A DNA stretch of 61,951 nucleotides from Nonomuraea sp. (GCA_036276095.1 DASUCK010000074.1:1-61951), one strand, 5' to 3'. Counted from the first letter of the stretch, positions 48,005-59,521 are shown. Program-made: numbers and translations. Notes: generated by a model from the sequence alone, not told the origin.

Positions 48005-49861
48005 GTGGCCCGACCGACCAGCCGCCACAGCCGACCGGGGCGAACGCTCCTGGTGCTGCTGGCGCTCATCCTCGCCATGGGCGGGACGATGCTCCTGCAG
48101 AAGGCTTACACGCCCAAGCTGGGGCTCGACCTCGCCGGCGGCACGACGGTGACTCTGACTCCCGTGACTCTGAACAACTCGAGTCCGCCAGAGGAGATCC
48201 TCGACCGCGCGGTCAACATCATCCGCACCCGGGTCAACGGCACCGGCATCTCCGACGCGGAGGTCGCCAAGTCCGGCGACAACATCATCATCTCCATCCC
48301 CGGCGTCGGGCAGAGTGAGGCCATCAAGCTGGTCGCGACCACTGCGGAGCTGCGTTTCCGCCAGGTCTTGGCCATGGCGGCCACCCAGGTCCCGCAAGAC
48401 CTGGCCACCAACGCGCCCTCGCCGGCCGCCTCGCCCGCCACCCCTCCGTCCGGCTCCCCGACCGCCGCGCCGTCCGGCCAGCAGTCGGCCAAGCCGTCCG
48501 CCACCCAGCCGCAGGGCACGTCCCAGCCCAGCGCGTCCCCGACGGGCAAGGCGCTCTCCTCCGCGCTGACCTCCCCCACACAGAGCCCCCGGCAGAGCCC
48601 TCAGGCGTCCCCTGAGCAGAGCCCGCAGGCGCAGGTAACCCAGCAGGCCCAGGGCCAGAAGCAGGACACCAAGAAGGGCCAGAACGCCAAGGGCTCCCCG
48701 ACGGCCTCGCCGAGCGCGTCGCCGAACTCCCAGGCGGCCACCCCGTCCCCCGAAGACCTCGGCATCGACACCTCGGGCATCGACCCGGCGGTGCTGAAGC
48801 AGTTCAACGAGCTCAACTGCGCCGACCCGGCCAAGCGCGGCCAGGGCGTCCAGGACAACCCCGCCAAGCAGTACGCCGCCTGCGAGGCCGACGGCAGCTT
48901 CAAGTACGTCCTCGACGTCGCCAAGGTCGTCGGCACCGACATCGACACGGCCTCGGCCGGCATCCCGCAGGGCAGCGCCGAGTGGAGCGTCCAGCTCGAC
49001 TTCAAGAGCAAGGGCGCGGGCGCGTGGGGCGATCTCACCACGAAGGCGTTCAACTCGCAGGAGCCGCGCAACAAGGTCGCGGTCGTGCTCGACGGCGTGG
49101 TGATCACCGCCCCCAACATCATCAGCCCGATCACCGGCGGTCGCGCCGAGATCACCGGCAACTTCAACCAGGCCAGCGCCACCACCCTGGCCGACCAGCT
49201 GAAGTACGGCGCGCTGCCGCTGAAGTTCAACCGCAGCTCGGTCGAGACGGTCTCCTCCACCCTGGGCCAGGACCAGCTGGAAGGCGGCCTGGTCTCGGGC
49301 GTCATCGGCCTGGCGCTGGTGGTGCTCTACTGCCTGCTCTACTACCGCGGTCTCGGCATCGTCGCGGTGCTGAGCCTCGTGGTGGCCTCGGTGATCACCT
49401 ACACGTCGGTGGTCGTGCTCGGTCACAACGCCGGCTTCCGGCTGTCGCTGCCGCACATCATCGGCCTGGTGGTCTCGATCGGCATCACCGCCGACTCCTT
49501 CATCGTCTACTTCGAACGCATACGTGACGAGATGAAGGAAGGCCGGCGGACGCTGCGGGCTGCCGTCGAGGTGGCCTGGGTACGTGCCCGGCGCACGATC
49601 CTCATCGCCGACGCCGTCATGTTCATCGCCGCCATCGTGCTGTACTTCCTGGCGGTCGGCGGCGTGGCCGGGTTCGCGTTCGCGATGGGCCTGACCACGC
49701 TGATCGACATCGTGGTGGTGTTCCTGTTCACCAAGCCGTTCATCGCCCTGCTGGCGAGGCTGAAGTTCTTCGCCAAGGGCCACCCGCTGTCGGGTCTCGA
49801 CGCCGAACGCATGAGCGAGACCGGCACGGCCGCCCGCAAGACCACTCCGCAGGAGGCCTGA
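48005..49861 (+). CDS. secD: Protein translocase subunit SecD
   Basis: LGLDLAGG, LKYGALP and GITADSFIVYFERIRDE; long Pro/Ser/Gln insertion. Confidence 0.97.
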   Translation: MARPTSRHSRPGRTLLVLLALILAMGGTMLLQKAYTPKLGLDLAGGTTVTLTPVTLNNSSPPEEILDRAVNIIRTRVNGTGISDAEVAKSGDNIIISIPGVGQSEAIKLVATTAELRFRQVLAMAATQVPQDLATNAPSPAASPATPPSGSPTAAPSGQQSAKPSATQPQGTSQPSASPTGKALSSALTSPTQSPRQSPQASPEQSPQAQVTQQAQGQKQDTKKGQNAKGSPTASPSASPNSQAATPSPEDLGIDTSGIDPAVLKQFNELNCADPAKRGQGVQDNPAKQYAACEADGSFKYVLDVAKVVGTDIDTASAGIPQGSAEWSVQLDFKSKGAGAWGDLTTKAFNSQEPRNKVAVVLDGVVITAPNIISPITGGRAEITGNFNQASATTLADQLKYGALPLKFNRSSVETVSSTLGQDQLEGGLVSGVIGLALVVLYCLLYYRGLGIVAVLSLVVASVITYTSVVVLGHNAGFRLSLPHIIGLVVSIGITADSFIVYFERIRDEMKEGRRTLRAAVEVAWVRARRTILIADAVMFIAAIVLYFLAVGGVAGFAFAMGLTTLIDIVVVFLFTKPFIALLARLKFFAKGHPLSGLDAERMSETGTAARKTTPQEA

Positions 49862-49862
49862 G

Positions 49863-50861
49863 ATGGGACTCGCACGTCGCCTCTACCGCGGCGAGATCGA
49901 CGTCGACTTCGTCGGCAAGTGGAGGCTGTGGTACAGCTTGTCCGCCTTCCTGCTGCTCATCTCGCTGGCCGGCCTGCTGATCAACGGGCTCAACCTGGGC
50001 GTGGAGTTCCGCGGCGGCACGGTCTTCTCCTTCCCGTCCGCCGCCGGGTCGACGGTGGAGGAGGTGCGCACCACGTTCCGCGACGCGGGCGCCCACCAGG
50101 TGATCGTGCAGCAGGCCGGCGAGCGCTGGCGGGTCACCACCGAGAGCCTGCCGGAGAACTCGCTCACCCAGGCGCAGTCGGAGGTCAACCGCGACTACGG
50201 CGTGCCGGTCGACCAGGTCGACGTGCAGCTGATCGGCCCGTCCTGGGGCGGTGAGGTCTCCACGAAGGCGCTGTGGGGCCTGGCGGCCTTCATGGTGGCG
50301 ATCATCCTGTACCTGTCGATGGCGTTCGAGCCGAAGATGGCACTCGCGGCCATCGTCGCGCTCTTCCACGACCTGGTGATCACGGCCGGCATCTACGCCT
50401 GGTCGGGCTTCGAGGTGACGCCGGCGACCCTGCTGGGCTTCCTGACCATTCTCGGTTATTCGCTCTACGACGCGGTCGTGGTGTTCGACATGATCAAGGA
50501 GGTCACGGCCAAGCTGGGCCACACCTCGAAGATGACGTACTCGATGGCGGCCAACAACGCGCTCAACCACACGCTGATCCGGTCGCTCAACACCTCGCTG
50601 GTGGCGATCCTGCCGGTGGCGGCCATCCTGTTCATCGGCACCACGCTGCTCGGCGCGGGCACGTTGAAGGACCTGTCGCTGGCGCTGTTCGTCGGCATGA
50701 TCGTCGGCACGTACTCGTCGATCTGCGTGGCCACGCCGCTGCTGGTGACGCTCAAGGAGCGGGAGCCGAAGTACCAGGCCATCGCCAGGCGGCTCGCCTC
50801 GACGAGCGGCGGCGGCAAGGGGTCGAAGGGTTCCAAAAGCGCGGCCGTAGCCAAGGGGTAG
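49863..50861 (+). CDS. secF: Protein translocase subunit SecF
   Basis: LGVEFRGG, HDLVIT, GYSLYD.VVVFD, RSLNTS and GTYSS. Confidence 0.97.
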   Translation: MGLARRLYRGEIDVDFVGKWRLWYSLSAFLLLISLAGLLINGLNLGVEFRGGTVFSFPSAAGSTVEEVRTTFRDAGAHQVIVQQAGERWRVTTESLPENSLTQAQSEVNRDYGVPVDQVDVQLIGPSWGGEVSTKALWGLAAFMVAIILYLSMAFEPKMALAAIVALFHDLVITAGIYAWSGFEVTPATLLGFLTILGYSLYDAVVVFDMIKEVTAKLGHTSKMTYSMAANNALNHTLIRSLNTSLVAILPVAAILFIGTTLLGAGTLKDLSLALFVGMIVGTYSSICVATPLLVTLKEREPKYQAIARRLASTSGGGKGSKGSKSAAVAKG

Positions 50862-50878
50862 CCTGTCCGCCCCGCCTC

Positions 50879-50912
50879 CGACGCCCCCGCCCGGCTCCGG
50901 GCGGGGGCGTCG
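50879..50912 (+). terminator. Perfect 16-bp-stem hairpin after secF
   Basis: cgacgcccccgcccgg-ct-ccgggcgggggcgtcg. Confidence 0.65.
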
Positions 50913-50993
50913 CGCGTGCCAGCCCCCAGGGCAGGTGCGCACGGGACCGGTACGGCGACGGTCGCGGATGCACCATCATGGAGCCCGGCACCC

Positions 50994-51079
50994 GGCCGTG
51001 GACCCAGGCCGTGGACCCGGCACGGCCACGGACGAGCCACACGGCCACGACGAGTCACACGCCCACGGACGAGCCACAC
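50994..51079. repeat. Short tandem repeats between secF and apt
   Basis: ggccgtggaccc twice at a 13-bp period, then three 18-19-bp units of about g(g/c)ccacggacgagccacac. Confidence 0.75.
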
Positions 51080-51108
51080 GCCCGGCGGAGAGATGCGAGG
51101 GAATCGCC

Positions 51109-51627
51109 ATGAGTGAGCTGACGACGATGATCCTGGACCGGATCAGGGACGTCCCCGACTACCCCAAGCCCGGAGTCATGTTCAAGGACATCACCCCGCT
51201 CCTGGCCGACCCGGTCGCGATGGCGGCCGTGGTGGACGAGCTGGCCGGGCTCCACCAGGTCGACAAGATCGTGGGGATCGAGGCGCGCGGGTTCATCCTG
51301 GCCGCGCCGGTGGCCTACCGGGCCGGCGCGGGGTTCGTGCCGGTGCGGAAGAAGGGGAAACTGCCTGCCGAGACGCTGGAGGAGTCCTACGATCTGGAGT
51401 ACGGCTCCGCGACCATCGAGGTCCACCGTGACGCGTTCGCGCCCGGGGAGCGGGTCCTCATCGTCGACGACGTGCTGGCCACGGGCGGCACGGCGAAGGC
51501 GACCGTGGAGCTGGTGGAGAGGGCCGGCGCCCGGGTCATCGGCATCGCGGTGCTCATGGAGCTGGCATTTCTCAGGGGGCGCGAGCGTTTGCGAGGAGTG
51601 GACCTGCATTCCCTCGTGATCGTCTGA
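51109..51627 (+). CDS. apt: Adenine phosphoribosyltransferase
   Basis: PDYPKPGVMFKDITP, EARGF and VDDVLATGGT. Confidence 0.97.
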   Translation: MSELTTMILDRIRDVPDYPKPGVMFKDITPLLADPVAMAAVVDELAGLHQVDKIVGIEARGFILAAPVAYRAGAGFVPVRKKGKLPAETLEESYDLEYGSATIEVHRDAFAPGERVLIVDDVLATGGTAKATVELVERAGARVIGIAVLMELAFLRGRERLRGVDLHSLVIV

Positions 51628-51732
51628 GCCCGGGCCCGCGACGGCTCGGGTTCGCCACCTGGATACACTGGGGAATCTGGACCCGAACGTGAGGAGCCAA
51701 TTGCGTGAGGAGCCGTTGCGGGAGGAGTCTGT

Positions 51733-54024
51733 GTGCCCCGTGATGTGGTCGTGCCCGACGTAGCCGACTCAGGCGGTGCCGAGCCGGGCGGCGTGCCCGC
51801 CACACGCCGGCGGCGGTTTGGGGGTGGGGCCATGAATCCGGTGCTGGAGCCGCTGTTCCGCACGGTGCGCGCCACCCATCCCAAGGCCGATCTGCGCCTG
51901 ATCGAGCGTGCCTACGACGTGGCCGCCTACCATCACCGCGACCAGAAGCGGAAGTCCGGCGACCCGTACATCACGCATCCGCTGGCCGTGGCCACGATCC
52001 TGGCCGAGCTCGGCACCGACGACGAGACGCTGTGCGCGGCCCTGCTGCACGACACCGTCGAGGACACCGCCTACAGCCTCGACGAGCTGCGCGCCGACTT
52101 CGGTGACACGATCGGGTCGCTGGTCGACGGGGTGACCAAGCTCGACAAGGTCAAGTTCGGCGACGCGGCGCAGGCCGAGACGGTGCGCAAGATGGTCGTG
52201 GCGATGTCGCGCGACATCCGCGTGCTGATCATCAAGCTGGCCGACCGGCTCCACAACATGCGCACGATGCGCTACCTGCCGGAGCACAAGCGGCACCAGA
52301 AGTCCCGCGAGACGCTGGAGATCTTCGCCCCGCTGGCCCACCGCCTGGGGATGAACACGATCAAGTGGGAGCTGGAGGACCTCGCGTTCGCCATGCTCTA
52401 TCCCAAGCGCTACGACGAGATCGCCCGCATGGTGTCGGAGCGGGCGCCGCGGCGCGACCTGTTCCTGCAGGAGGTCATCGAGAAGGTCTCCGGCGACCTG
52501 CGCGAGGCGAAGATCCGTGCCCAGGTCAAGGGCCGGCCGAAGCACTACTACTCGGTCTACCAGAAGATGATCGCCCGCGACGTGGCCTTCGACGACATCT
52601 ACGACCTGGTGGGCATCCGCGTGCTGGTCGACACCGTACGCGACTGCTACGCCGCGCTCGGCACCATCCACGCCCGCTGGAACCCGGTGCCGGGGCGGTT
52701 CAAAGACTACATCGCGATGCCCAAGTTCAACATGTACCAATCGCTGCACACGACGGTGATCGGTCCCGAGGGCAAGCCGGTGGAGCTGCAGATCCGCACC
52801 CACTCGATGCACCACAGGGCCGAGTACGGCGTGGCCGCGCACTGGAAGTACAAGGAGGAGGTCGGCGCCGGCGGCCCGCCCGGCAAGATCAAGCCGGGCA
52901 GCGACATGGCCTGGCTGCGCCAGCTCCTCGACTGGCAGAAGGAGACCTCCGATCCGGGCGAGTTCCTCGACTCGCTGCGGTTCGACCTGTCGGTGTCGGA
53001 GGTCTACGTGTTCACCCCGAAGGGCCAGGTCATCGCCCTGCCCGAGGGGGCCACACCGGTCGACTTCGCCTACGCCGTCCACACCGAGGTGGGTCACCGC
53101 TGCATCGGGGCGCGCGTCAACGGGCGTCTGGTGCCGCTGGAGTCACGCCTGGGCAACGGCGACACCGTCGAGATCTTCACCTCCAAGTCGCCCGACGCCG
53201 GGCCGTCGCGCGACTGGCTGAAGTTCGTCAAATCGGGCCGGGCCCGTAACAAGATCCGGCAGTGGTTCTCCAAGGAGCGCCGCGAGACCGCGATCGAGGC
53301 GGGCAAGGAGGCCATCGGCCGCGCCATGCGCAAGCAGGGGCTGCCGCTGCAGCGCCTGATGTCCGGCGAGGCGCTGCTGGCGCTGGCCCGCGACCTGCGC
53401 TATCCCGACGTGTCGGCGCTCTACGCGGCCGTGGGCGAGGGCCACGTCGCGGCGCAGGCCGTGGTGCAGAAGCTGGTGGCCTCGATCGGCGGCGTCGACA
53501 GCGCCGAGGAGGACATCGCCGAGACCGCACTGCCGACGCGCCTGCGCGGCCGTCCGCGGGGCGGGGGCGGGGCCGGCGTGGTGGTGGCGGGCGACGCCGA
53601 CGTCTGGGTCCGCCTGTCCAAGTGCTGCACCCCTGTGCCCGGCGACGAGATCGTCGGGTTCGTCACCCGTGGCCACGGCGTGTCGGTCCACCGCGCCGAC
53701 TGCACCAACGTCCAGCAGCTGAAGGCGCAGCCCGACCGGCTGGTCGAGGTGAGCTGGTCGCCGAGCGACGACAGCGTCTTCCTGGTGGCCATCCAGGTCG
53801 AGGCGCTCGACCGGCCGCGCCTGCTGTCCGACGTCACCCGCACGCTGTCCGACCAGCACGTCAACATCCTGAGCGCGTCGGTCACGACGTCGCGCGACCG
53901 GGTGGCGATCAGCAAGTTCACCTTCGAGATGGGCGACCCCAAGCATCTGGGCCACGTGCTCAAGGCCGTGCGCAGCATCCAGGGCGTCTTCGACGTCTAC
54001 CGGGTCAGCGGCGCCGGCGGCTGA
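51733..54024 (+). CDS. relA: Bifunctional (p)ppGpp synthetase/hydrolase Rel
   Basis: [37 protein letters not shown] and ACT domains. Confidence 0.98.
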   Translation: MPRDVVVPDVADSGGAEPGGVPATRRRRFGGGAMNPVLEPLFRTVRATHPKADLRLIERAYDVAAYHHRDQKRKSGDPYITHPLAVATILAELGTDDETLCAALLHDTVEDTAYSLDELRADFGDTIGSLVDGVTKLDKVKFGDAAQAETVRKMVVAMSRDIRVLIIKLADRLHNMRTMRYLPEHKRHQKSRETLEIFAPLAHRLGMNTIKWELEDLAFAMLYPKRYDEIARMVSERAPRRDLFLQEVIEKVSGDLREAKIRAQVKGRPKHYYSVYQKMIARDVAFDDIYDLVGIRVLVDTVRDCYAALGTIHARWNPVPGRFKDYIAMPKFNMYQSLHTTVIGPEGKPVELQIRTHSMHHRAEYGVAAHWKYKEEVGAGGPPGKIKPGSDMAWLRQLLDWQKETSDPGEFLDSLRFDLSVSEVYVFTPKGQVIALPEGATPVDFAYAVHTEVGHRCIGARVNGRLVPLESRLGNGDTVEIFTSKSPDAGPSRDWLKFVKSGRARNKIRQWFSKERRETAIEAGKEAIGRAMRKQGLPLQRLMSGEALLALARDLRYPDVSALYAAVGEGHVAAQAVVQKLVASIGGVDSAEEDIAETALPTRLRGRPRGGGGAGVVVAGDADVWVRLSKCCTPVPGDEIVGFVTRGHGVSVHRADCTNVQQLKAQPDRLVEVSWSPSDDSVFLVAIQVEALDRPRLLSDVTRTLSDQHVNILSASVTTSRDRVAISKFTFEMGDPKHLGHVLKAVRSIQGVFDVYRVSGAGG

Positions 54025-54026
54025 GC

Positions 54027-55118
54027 TCAGTGGTGGCGCAGGTCGGGGAGGTTGACCACGATGGCCTCCTGGGTGCTGCGGGCGATGACGACCACGGCCT
54101 CCTGCGACGGGTCGGGGTTCTCCTCGCGGTGAGGCACGTACGGCGGCACGAACACGTAGTCGCCGGGCTTGGTGTCGAGGCGCACCTCGTGGCCGCCTTC
54201 CAGGAACACGAACGACGGGGTGCCGCTGACGACGTAGATGGCGGTCTCCGAGGCGCCGTGGTGGTGGTCGGAGGAGCGGGTGGCGGGCGCGACGTGGGTC
54301 TGCCCCATCCAGAGCCGGGAGGAGCCGGCGGTGGCGCCGCTGACGGCGGCCATCCGCCGCATGCCGGCGCTTTGCGCGGTGTCGCCCGAGAGCTCTCCTG
54401 AGGGCACGTGACGCAGCGGCCGGTGGAAGGGGTCACCCTCGGCCCGGTAACCCTCCCAGAGGCGCCCTCCTGCCCGTTCCAGCACGTCTGAGGCGACGGC
54501 GGTCAGCCGGGCGGGGTCGTCGTGGGCGGCGAGCAGCCGGTCGGCCAGCTCCGGGTCGTGGGCGCGCAGCTCGCGGAGCAGCCATTTGCCGCTGCCCTGC
54601 CACCGGCGCCCGAACCCGAGCGCCAGCCGGGCCGTCTCCTCCGCCACCTGCCAGCGGATGAACGCCTGCTCGCCCGGGTCGGTGGCCCCCGCGAGATCGT
54701 CGAGGAGGTCCGACAGGACGTATCGGGCCCGCTCGGCCTGCGTGTCGGTCAGCCCGCCGGGACCGGCGGCGAGGCGCTCGCCGAGCGCCGCCTGCAGGTC
54801 GCTGGCCCGGCCGCTGGTGCGGTCGATGAGGACGGCGCCCTCGGCGCACATGCGGGCCAGGCTCGGCTGGCGCCGGTCGAAGTCCTTGTCGAGGAAGGCG
54901 CGCAGGCTCGTCTCGCTGTGCACGAACAGCTCCACCGGCCAGCCGCGCCACCGCAGCGCCTCGCGGTAGGGCCTGGGCAGGCCGTCGAGCACCACCACGA
55001 CGTCGAGATCGGAGGTGCTGGTGCGGTGTTCGGTGAGGGCGCTGCCGCCGACGAAGGCGTAGAGGGCGCCCGGGTACATGTCCTCGACGAGGGCACGCGC
55101 GACGCTGACGGGATCCAT
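54027..55118 (-). CDS. Nucleotidyltransferase-like domain fused to a cupin domain
   Basis: N-terminal GGS....TSDLDVVVV (pol-beta-type GS/DxD) and VELF; C-terminal HHHGASETAIYV...GDYVFVPPYVPHRE. Confidence 0.8.
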   Translation of the reverse strand: MDPVSVARALVEDMYPGALYAFVGGSALTEHRTSTSDLDVVVVLDGLPRPYREALRWRGWPVELFVHSETSLRAFLDKDFDRRQPSLARMCAEGAVLIDRTSGRASDLQAALGERLAAGPGGLTDTQAERARYVLSDLLDDLAGATDPGEQAFIRWQVAEETARLALGFGRRWQGSGKWLLRELRAHDPELADRLLAAHDDPARLTAVASDVLERAGGRLWEGYRAEGDPFHRPLRHVPSGELSGDTAQSAGMRRMAAVSGATAGSSRLWMGQTHVAPATRSSDHHHGASETAIYVVSGTPSFVFLEGGHEVRLDTKPGDYVFVPPYVPHREENPDPSQEAVVVIARSTQEAIVVNLPDLRHH

Positions 55119-55278
55119 GACGCAAGCCTAGGCGTGTCTTGACATGCGCGCAGGCAGAGCGGGAGGCATTGGCCCGGGGATCCCCCGACGAGCCCTCGGC
55201 CGGGCCGCGCCGCCGGCGTGAGCGTCCGCTCTCCGGGCCCGCCCGATTCCCCACGATCGGGCGGCCCCCAGGTGTGGG

Positions 55279-56508
55279 TCAGCTGAACTCGGCGAGTGTG
55301 CGCTCGGCCTCCTCCAGCCAGGAGCGGCGGGCGATCAGCGCCTCCTCGGCCTCCTTGACGTCCTTCGCGCGCCCGGCGGCCTGGGCCTTGGCCAGGCGCT
55401 TCTCCAGCTGCTCGATGGAGGTGCGGAGCTGGTCGACGGTGCTCTGCGCGCGGGCCCTGGCCTCGGGGTTGGAACGCTTCCACTCGGCGTCCTCGGCCTT
55501 GCGCACGGCCTCGTCCACCTTGCGGAGCCCGCCCTCCAGCCGGTCACGCTGCTCGCGCGGCACCGGCCCGGCGGCCTCCCACCGCTCCAGGATGTGGCGC
55601 AGCGCGGCCCGCGCGGCGCGGACGTCGGTGACCGGGAGGATCTTCTCGGCCTCGGCCAGCAGCTCCTCCTTGACGTGCGCGTTGGCCGCCAGGGAGGCGT
55701 CACGCTCGGCGAAGACCGCCGACCTGGCCTGGAAGAACTGGTCCTGGGCGGCCTTGAAGCGGGCCCACAGTTCGTCCTCGGCCTCGCGGGAGGCCCGCCC
55801 GGCGCTCTTCCACTGCTGCATGAGGTCGCGGTAGACGGCCGCGGTCGCGCCCCAGTCGGTCGAGTCGGCCAGCGCCTCGGCCTCGGCGACGATGCGCTCC
55901 TTGGTCGCGCGCACGCCCTCGCGCTGCTCGTCGAGCCCCGCGAAGTACGCCTTGCGCCGCTTGGCGAACGCCGTGCGGGACGCCGACAGCCGCTTCCACA
56001 GCGCGGCCTCGGTGACCCGGTCGATGCGGTCGGCCGCCTTCCACTCCTCGACCAGCTGGCGCAGCCGCTCGCCGCCCGACTTCCAGTGGGTGGTCTCGTC
56101 GGCGATGCGTTCGGCCTCGGCGACGATGCGTTCCTTGACCGCCCTGGCCTCGGCGCGTGCCTGTTCACGGGCCGCCTTGACCTCCTCGCGGCGCTGGGCG
56201 ACCAGCTCGGTCAGGCTGTCCAGCCGGGTGGTCAGCGCGCCCAGGTCGCCGATGGCGTGGGCGTCGGCGACGGCCTCGCGCAGCTTGGCGATGCTGGCCT
56301 CGGCCTGCGCCGGGGCCAGATCGGTGCCTCTGACCCGCTGTTCGAGCAGCTGAACCTGGCCCGCCAGCTCGTCGTACTTGCGATGGAAGTAGGCCAGTGC
56401 CTCTTCGGGTTCACCGGCCTTCCAGGAGCCGACGGCCCGCTCTCCCTCGGCCGTACGCACGTAGACGGTGCCGTCGTCGTCTACCCGGCCCCACGGGTCG
56501 GTGCTCAC
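55279..56508 (-). CDS. DUF349 domain-containing protein
   Basis: WGRVDDDGTVYV N-terminus and repeated K..IV.EAE / W..AG / LW.RF helical units. Confidence 0.92.
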   Translation of the reverse strand: MSTDPWGRVDDDGTVYVRTAEGERAVGSWKAGEPEEALAYFHRKYDELAGQVQLLEQRVRGTDLAPAQAEASIAKLREAVADAHAIGDLGALTTRLDSLTELVAQRREEVKAAREQARAEARAVKERIVAEAERIADETTHWKSGGERLRQLVEEWKAADRIDRVTEAALWKRLSASRTAFAKRRKAYFAGLDEQREGVRATKERIVAEAEALADSTDWGATAAVYRDLMQQWKSAGRASREAEDELWARFKAAQDQFFQARSAVFAERDASLAANAHVKEELLAEAEKILPVTDVRAARAALRHILERWEAAGPVPREQRDRLEGGLRKVDEAVRKAEDAEWKRSNPEARARAQSTVDQLRTSIEQLEKRLAKAQAAGRAKDVKEAEEALIARRSWLEEAERTLAEFS

Positions 56509-56570
56509 CGTGTCCTCCCGCACTATCCATCAGACCCTTCGGGACTGCTTCGTCCCTAGTTTGTATTACG

Positions 56571-57455
56571 TCAGCTCTTGCCGGCGAATGTCACGTCTTT
56601 GATTTCGACGGTTTGCTTCGGTGCTCCGGTCCCGTCCCCCATGTCGGCGATGACACCTGCTTTGTTGACTTTGTCCAGGATGTCGAGTCCCTTGGTGATC
56701 GTACCCACAGGCGTGTAATCCGGCGTGAGCCCGATGTCTCCGTAAACGAGGAAGAACTGGCTTCCCGTGGTGCCGGGGGCCGACGTTTTGGCCATCGCCA
56801 TGACGCCGCGCTTGTACTTGGCGCCCTGGAGGTTCTCCTCGGCCATCACGTAGCCGGGACCGCCGGAGCCGTCCTGGCTCTTGCCGTCGGCCTTGGCGGT
56901 CGGGTCGCCGCACTGCAGCATCGGGAACTGGCCGCTGCCGAGCCGGTGGCACTTGCTGCCGTCGTAGTAGTTCTTCTTCGCCAGGAACTCCAGCGAGTTC
57001 GTCGTGCAGGGCGCCTTGGCGTTGTCGAGCTCGACCACGATGTCGCCCTGGTTCGTCTTGAACGTCATCGTCTTCGTGGCCGGCTCGGTCTTGACCTCCT
57101 TCGGCGGCATGCCGACGTCCTTGACCTGACCGCCGCCCGTGTCCTTGACGTAGTCGCAGGTGCCCGTCGCCGCGTCGTACGGCTTGGGGCCCGTGCTCGG
57201 CGCCGCCGCGGCGGTGTCGGCCGGTGAGGCCGACGGCGAGGCGGCCGCCTCCGTCGCCGGGTCGTTGCCGCCGAGCAGCGCCACCGCGGCCACGATGCCG
57301 CCGACCACGACGACGACGCCCACGGTGGAGCCGATGATCGCGTTGCGCTTGGCCTTCTGCTCGCGCTCGAGACGGCGCTGCATCTGCCGCTCGTAGTGCT
57401 CACGCGCCAGCTGCTTCTGCCGGTCCTTCCCCGTGGCCACCGCTTTGCCTCCCAT
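56571..57455 (-). CDS. Membrane-anchored cyclophilin-type peptidyl-prolyl isomerase (PpiB-like)
   Basis: TM helix; APCTTNS, CHRL, LQCGDP, GGPGY and GSQFFLVY. Confidence 0.93.
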   Translation of the reverse strand: MGGKAVATGKDRQKQLAREHYERQMQRRLEREQKAKRNAIIGSTVGVVVVVGGIVAAVALLGGNDPATEAAASPSASPADTAAAAPSTGPKPYDAATGTCDYVKDTGGGQVKDVGMPPKEVKTEPATKTMTFKTNQGDIVVELDNAKAPCTTNSLEFLAKKNYYDGSKCHRLGSGQFPMLQCGDPTAKADGKSQDGSGGPGYVMAEENLQGAKYKRGVMAMAKTSAPGTTGSQFFLVYGDIGLTPDYTPVGTITKGLDILDKVNKAGVIADMGDGTGAPKQTVEIKDVTFAGKS

Positions 57456-57578
57456 AGTCGCTCAACTGAGGTGGGCGAATCGTATCGGCCAACGGGTGAT
57501 GATTCGCAGCCCGGCGACCCGCACCGGTACCCTTCGGTTACATTCCCATTGGCTTTTCGACGAGATCACCTGAGGCAG

Positions 57579-58259
57579 ATGCTCATCGCCGGCTTCCCCG
57601 CAGGGGCCTTCCAGACCAATTGTTACGTAGTCGCGCCTGCCGCCGGCGAGGAGTGCGTGATCGTCGACCCAGGTCAGGACGCCACCGAGGGCGTCGACGA
57701 GCTCCTGCGCGAGCACCGGCTGAAACCGGTCGCGGTCGTGCTCACCCACGGCCACCTCGACCACGTCTGGTCGGTGGCCCCGGTGTGCGGCGCGCGTGAC
57801 GTGCCCGCGTGGATCCACCCCGACGACCGCCACCTGCTGAGCGATCCGGCCGCGGGCTGGTCCGGCACCAGCGCCTCGCTGTTCGGCGGCCTCACCCTGA
57901 GCGAGCCCGACGACGTGCGCGAGCTGGCCGACGGCGCCGTGCTGCCGCTGGCCGGCCTGGAGCTCGTGGTCGACCACACGCCCGGCCATACCAGGGGGTC
58001 GGTGACCTTCCGGCTGCCGGACGACAAGATCATGTTCTCCGGTGACCTGCTGTTCGCCGGCTCCATCGGCCGCACCGATCTTCCCGGCGGCGACTATCCG
58101 ACGATCCTGCGCAGCCTTGCTGCCAAGTGTCTGCCGCTGCCTGACGATACGGTCGTCTTGCCGGGCCACGGACCACAGACCACGATCGGCCGCGAGCGCG
58201 CGACCAACCCATACCTGACGGAAGCAGCGCCGCACGCCGGTCCCACACGAGGGATCTAA
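57579..58259 (+). CDS. MBL-fold metallo-hydrolase (glyoxalase II-like)
   Basis: THGHLDH, TPGHT, SGD.LF.GSIGRTD and PGHG. Confidence 0.94.
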   Translation: MLIAGFPAGAFQTNCYVVAPAAGEECVIVDPGQDATEGVDELLREHRLKPVAVVLTHGHLDHVWSVAPVCGARDVPAWIHPDDRHLLSDPAAGWSGTSASLFGGLTLSEPDDVRELADGAVLPLAGLELVVDHTPGHTRGSVTFRLPDDKIMFSGDLLFAGSIGRTDLPGGDYPTILRSLAAKCLPLPDDTVVLPGHGPQTTIGRERATNPYLTEAAPHAGPTRGI

Positions 58260-59521
58260 TGAGCTTCCAAGCACCCAAAGGCACCTTCGACTGGCTGCCA
58301 CCCCGCTCCGAGCGGGTTCTGGCCGTACGTGAGGCGCTGGCCGCCCCGTTGCGCGCGGCCGGATACGGCTACATCGAGACGCCTGTCTTCGAAGACACAC
58401 AATTGTTCGCCAGGGGCGTAGGCGAGTCGACCGACATCGTCACCAAGGAGATGTACACCTTCCCCGACAAGGCGGGCCGTTCCCTGACCCTGCGCCCCGA
58501 GGGCACCGCCTCGGTCGTGCGCGCCGTGCTGCAGCACAACCTGCACACCGGCCAGCTCCCGGTCAAACTGTGGTATTCCGGGAGCCAGTTCCGCTACGAA
58601 CGCGCCCAGAGGGGCCGCTACCGGCACTTCTGGCAGGTCGGCGCGGAGGCGCTCGGCTCCGAAGACCCCGCGCTCGACGCCGAGCTCGTCGTGCTCGCCA
58701 CCCGCGGCTACTCCTCGCTCGGCCTCACCGGCGTCCGCCTGCTGCTCAACTCGCTCGGCGACAAGACCTGCCGGCCGGCCTACCGGGCGGCGCTCCAGGA
58801 GTTCCTGCGCGGGCTCGACCTCGACGCCGACACCCGCGCCCGCGTCGAGATCAACCCGCTGCGCGTGCTCGACGACAGCCGGCCCGAGGTGCAGGCCCAG
58901 CTCGCCGGCGCGCCGCTGGTCGTCGACCACCTGTGCGCCTCCTGCAAGGCCTACCACGAGGACGTCCGGGCCCTGCTGGCCGCCGCCGGGATCGCCTTCC
59001 AGGACGACCCGCGCCTGGTGCGCGGGCTCGACTACTACACGCGCACCACGTTCGAGTTCGTCCACGACGGTCTCGGCTCGCAGTCCGCCGTCGGCGGCGG
59101 CGGCCGCTACGACGGGCTGAGCGAGATGCTCGACGGCCCGCCGCTGCCCAGCGTCGGATGGGCGCTCGGCGTCGACCGCACCATCCTGGCCATGGAGTCC
59201 GAGGGCCTGCTGGCCGACGACTCCGCGCGGGCGCGCGTCCAGGTGTACGGTGTCCCGCTGGGTGACGACGCCCGCCGCCGCATGTTCCTGCTCGTCGACG
59301 AGCTGCGCGCGGCGGGCATCAGCGCCGACATGGCCTTCGGCGGCAAGGGGCTCAAGGGCGCCATGAAGGGCGCCGACCGGTCGGGGGCCGCGTACGCGCT
59401 GATCCTGGGCGAGCGTGACCTCGCGGCCGAGGCCGTGCAAGTGAAAGACCTGACCACCGCTGACCAGACCCAGGTGCCGCTGGCCCAGGTCGTTGACGTT
59501 CTGAAAGGGAAAGTGCAGTGA
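58259..59521 (+). CDS. hisS: Histidine-tRNA ligase
   Basis: [25 protein letters not shown] and GGGRYD. Confidence 0.98.
   Translation: MSFQAPKGTFDWLPPRSERVLAVREALAAPLRAAGYGYIETPVFEDTQLFARGVGESTDIVTKEMYTFPDKAGRSLTLRPEGTASVVRAVLQHNLHTGQLPVKLWYSGSQFRYERAQRGRYRHFWQVGAEALGSEDPALDAELVVLATRGYSSLGLTGVRLLLNSLGDKTCRPAYRAALQEFLRGLDLDADTRARVEINPLRVLDDSRPEVQAQLAGAPLVVDHLCASCKAYHEDVRALLAAAGIAFQDDPRLVRGLDYYTRTTFEFVHDGLGSQSAVGGGGRYDGLSEMLDGPPLPSVGWALGVDRTILAMESEGLLADDSARARVQVYGVPLGDDARRRMFLLVDELRAAGISADMAFGGKGLKGAMKGADRSGAAYALILGERDLAAEAVQVKDLTTADQTQVPLAQVVDVLKGKVQ

Noticed and set aside
50994-51079. 18-19-bp repeats as a mini-CRISPR
   Set aside because: The units are head-to-tail with no unique spacers.
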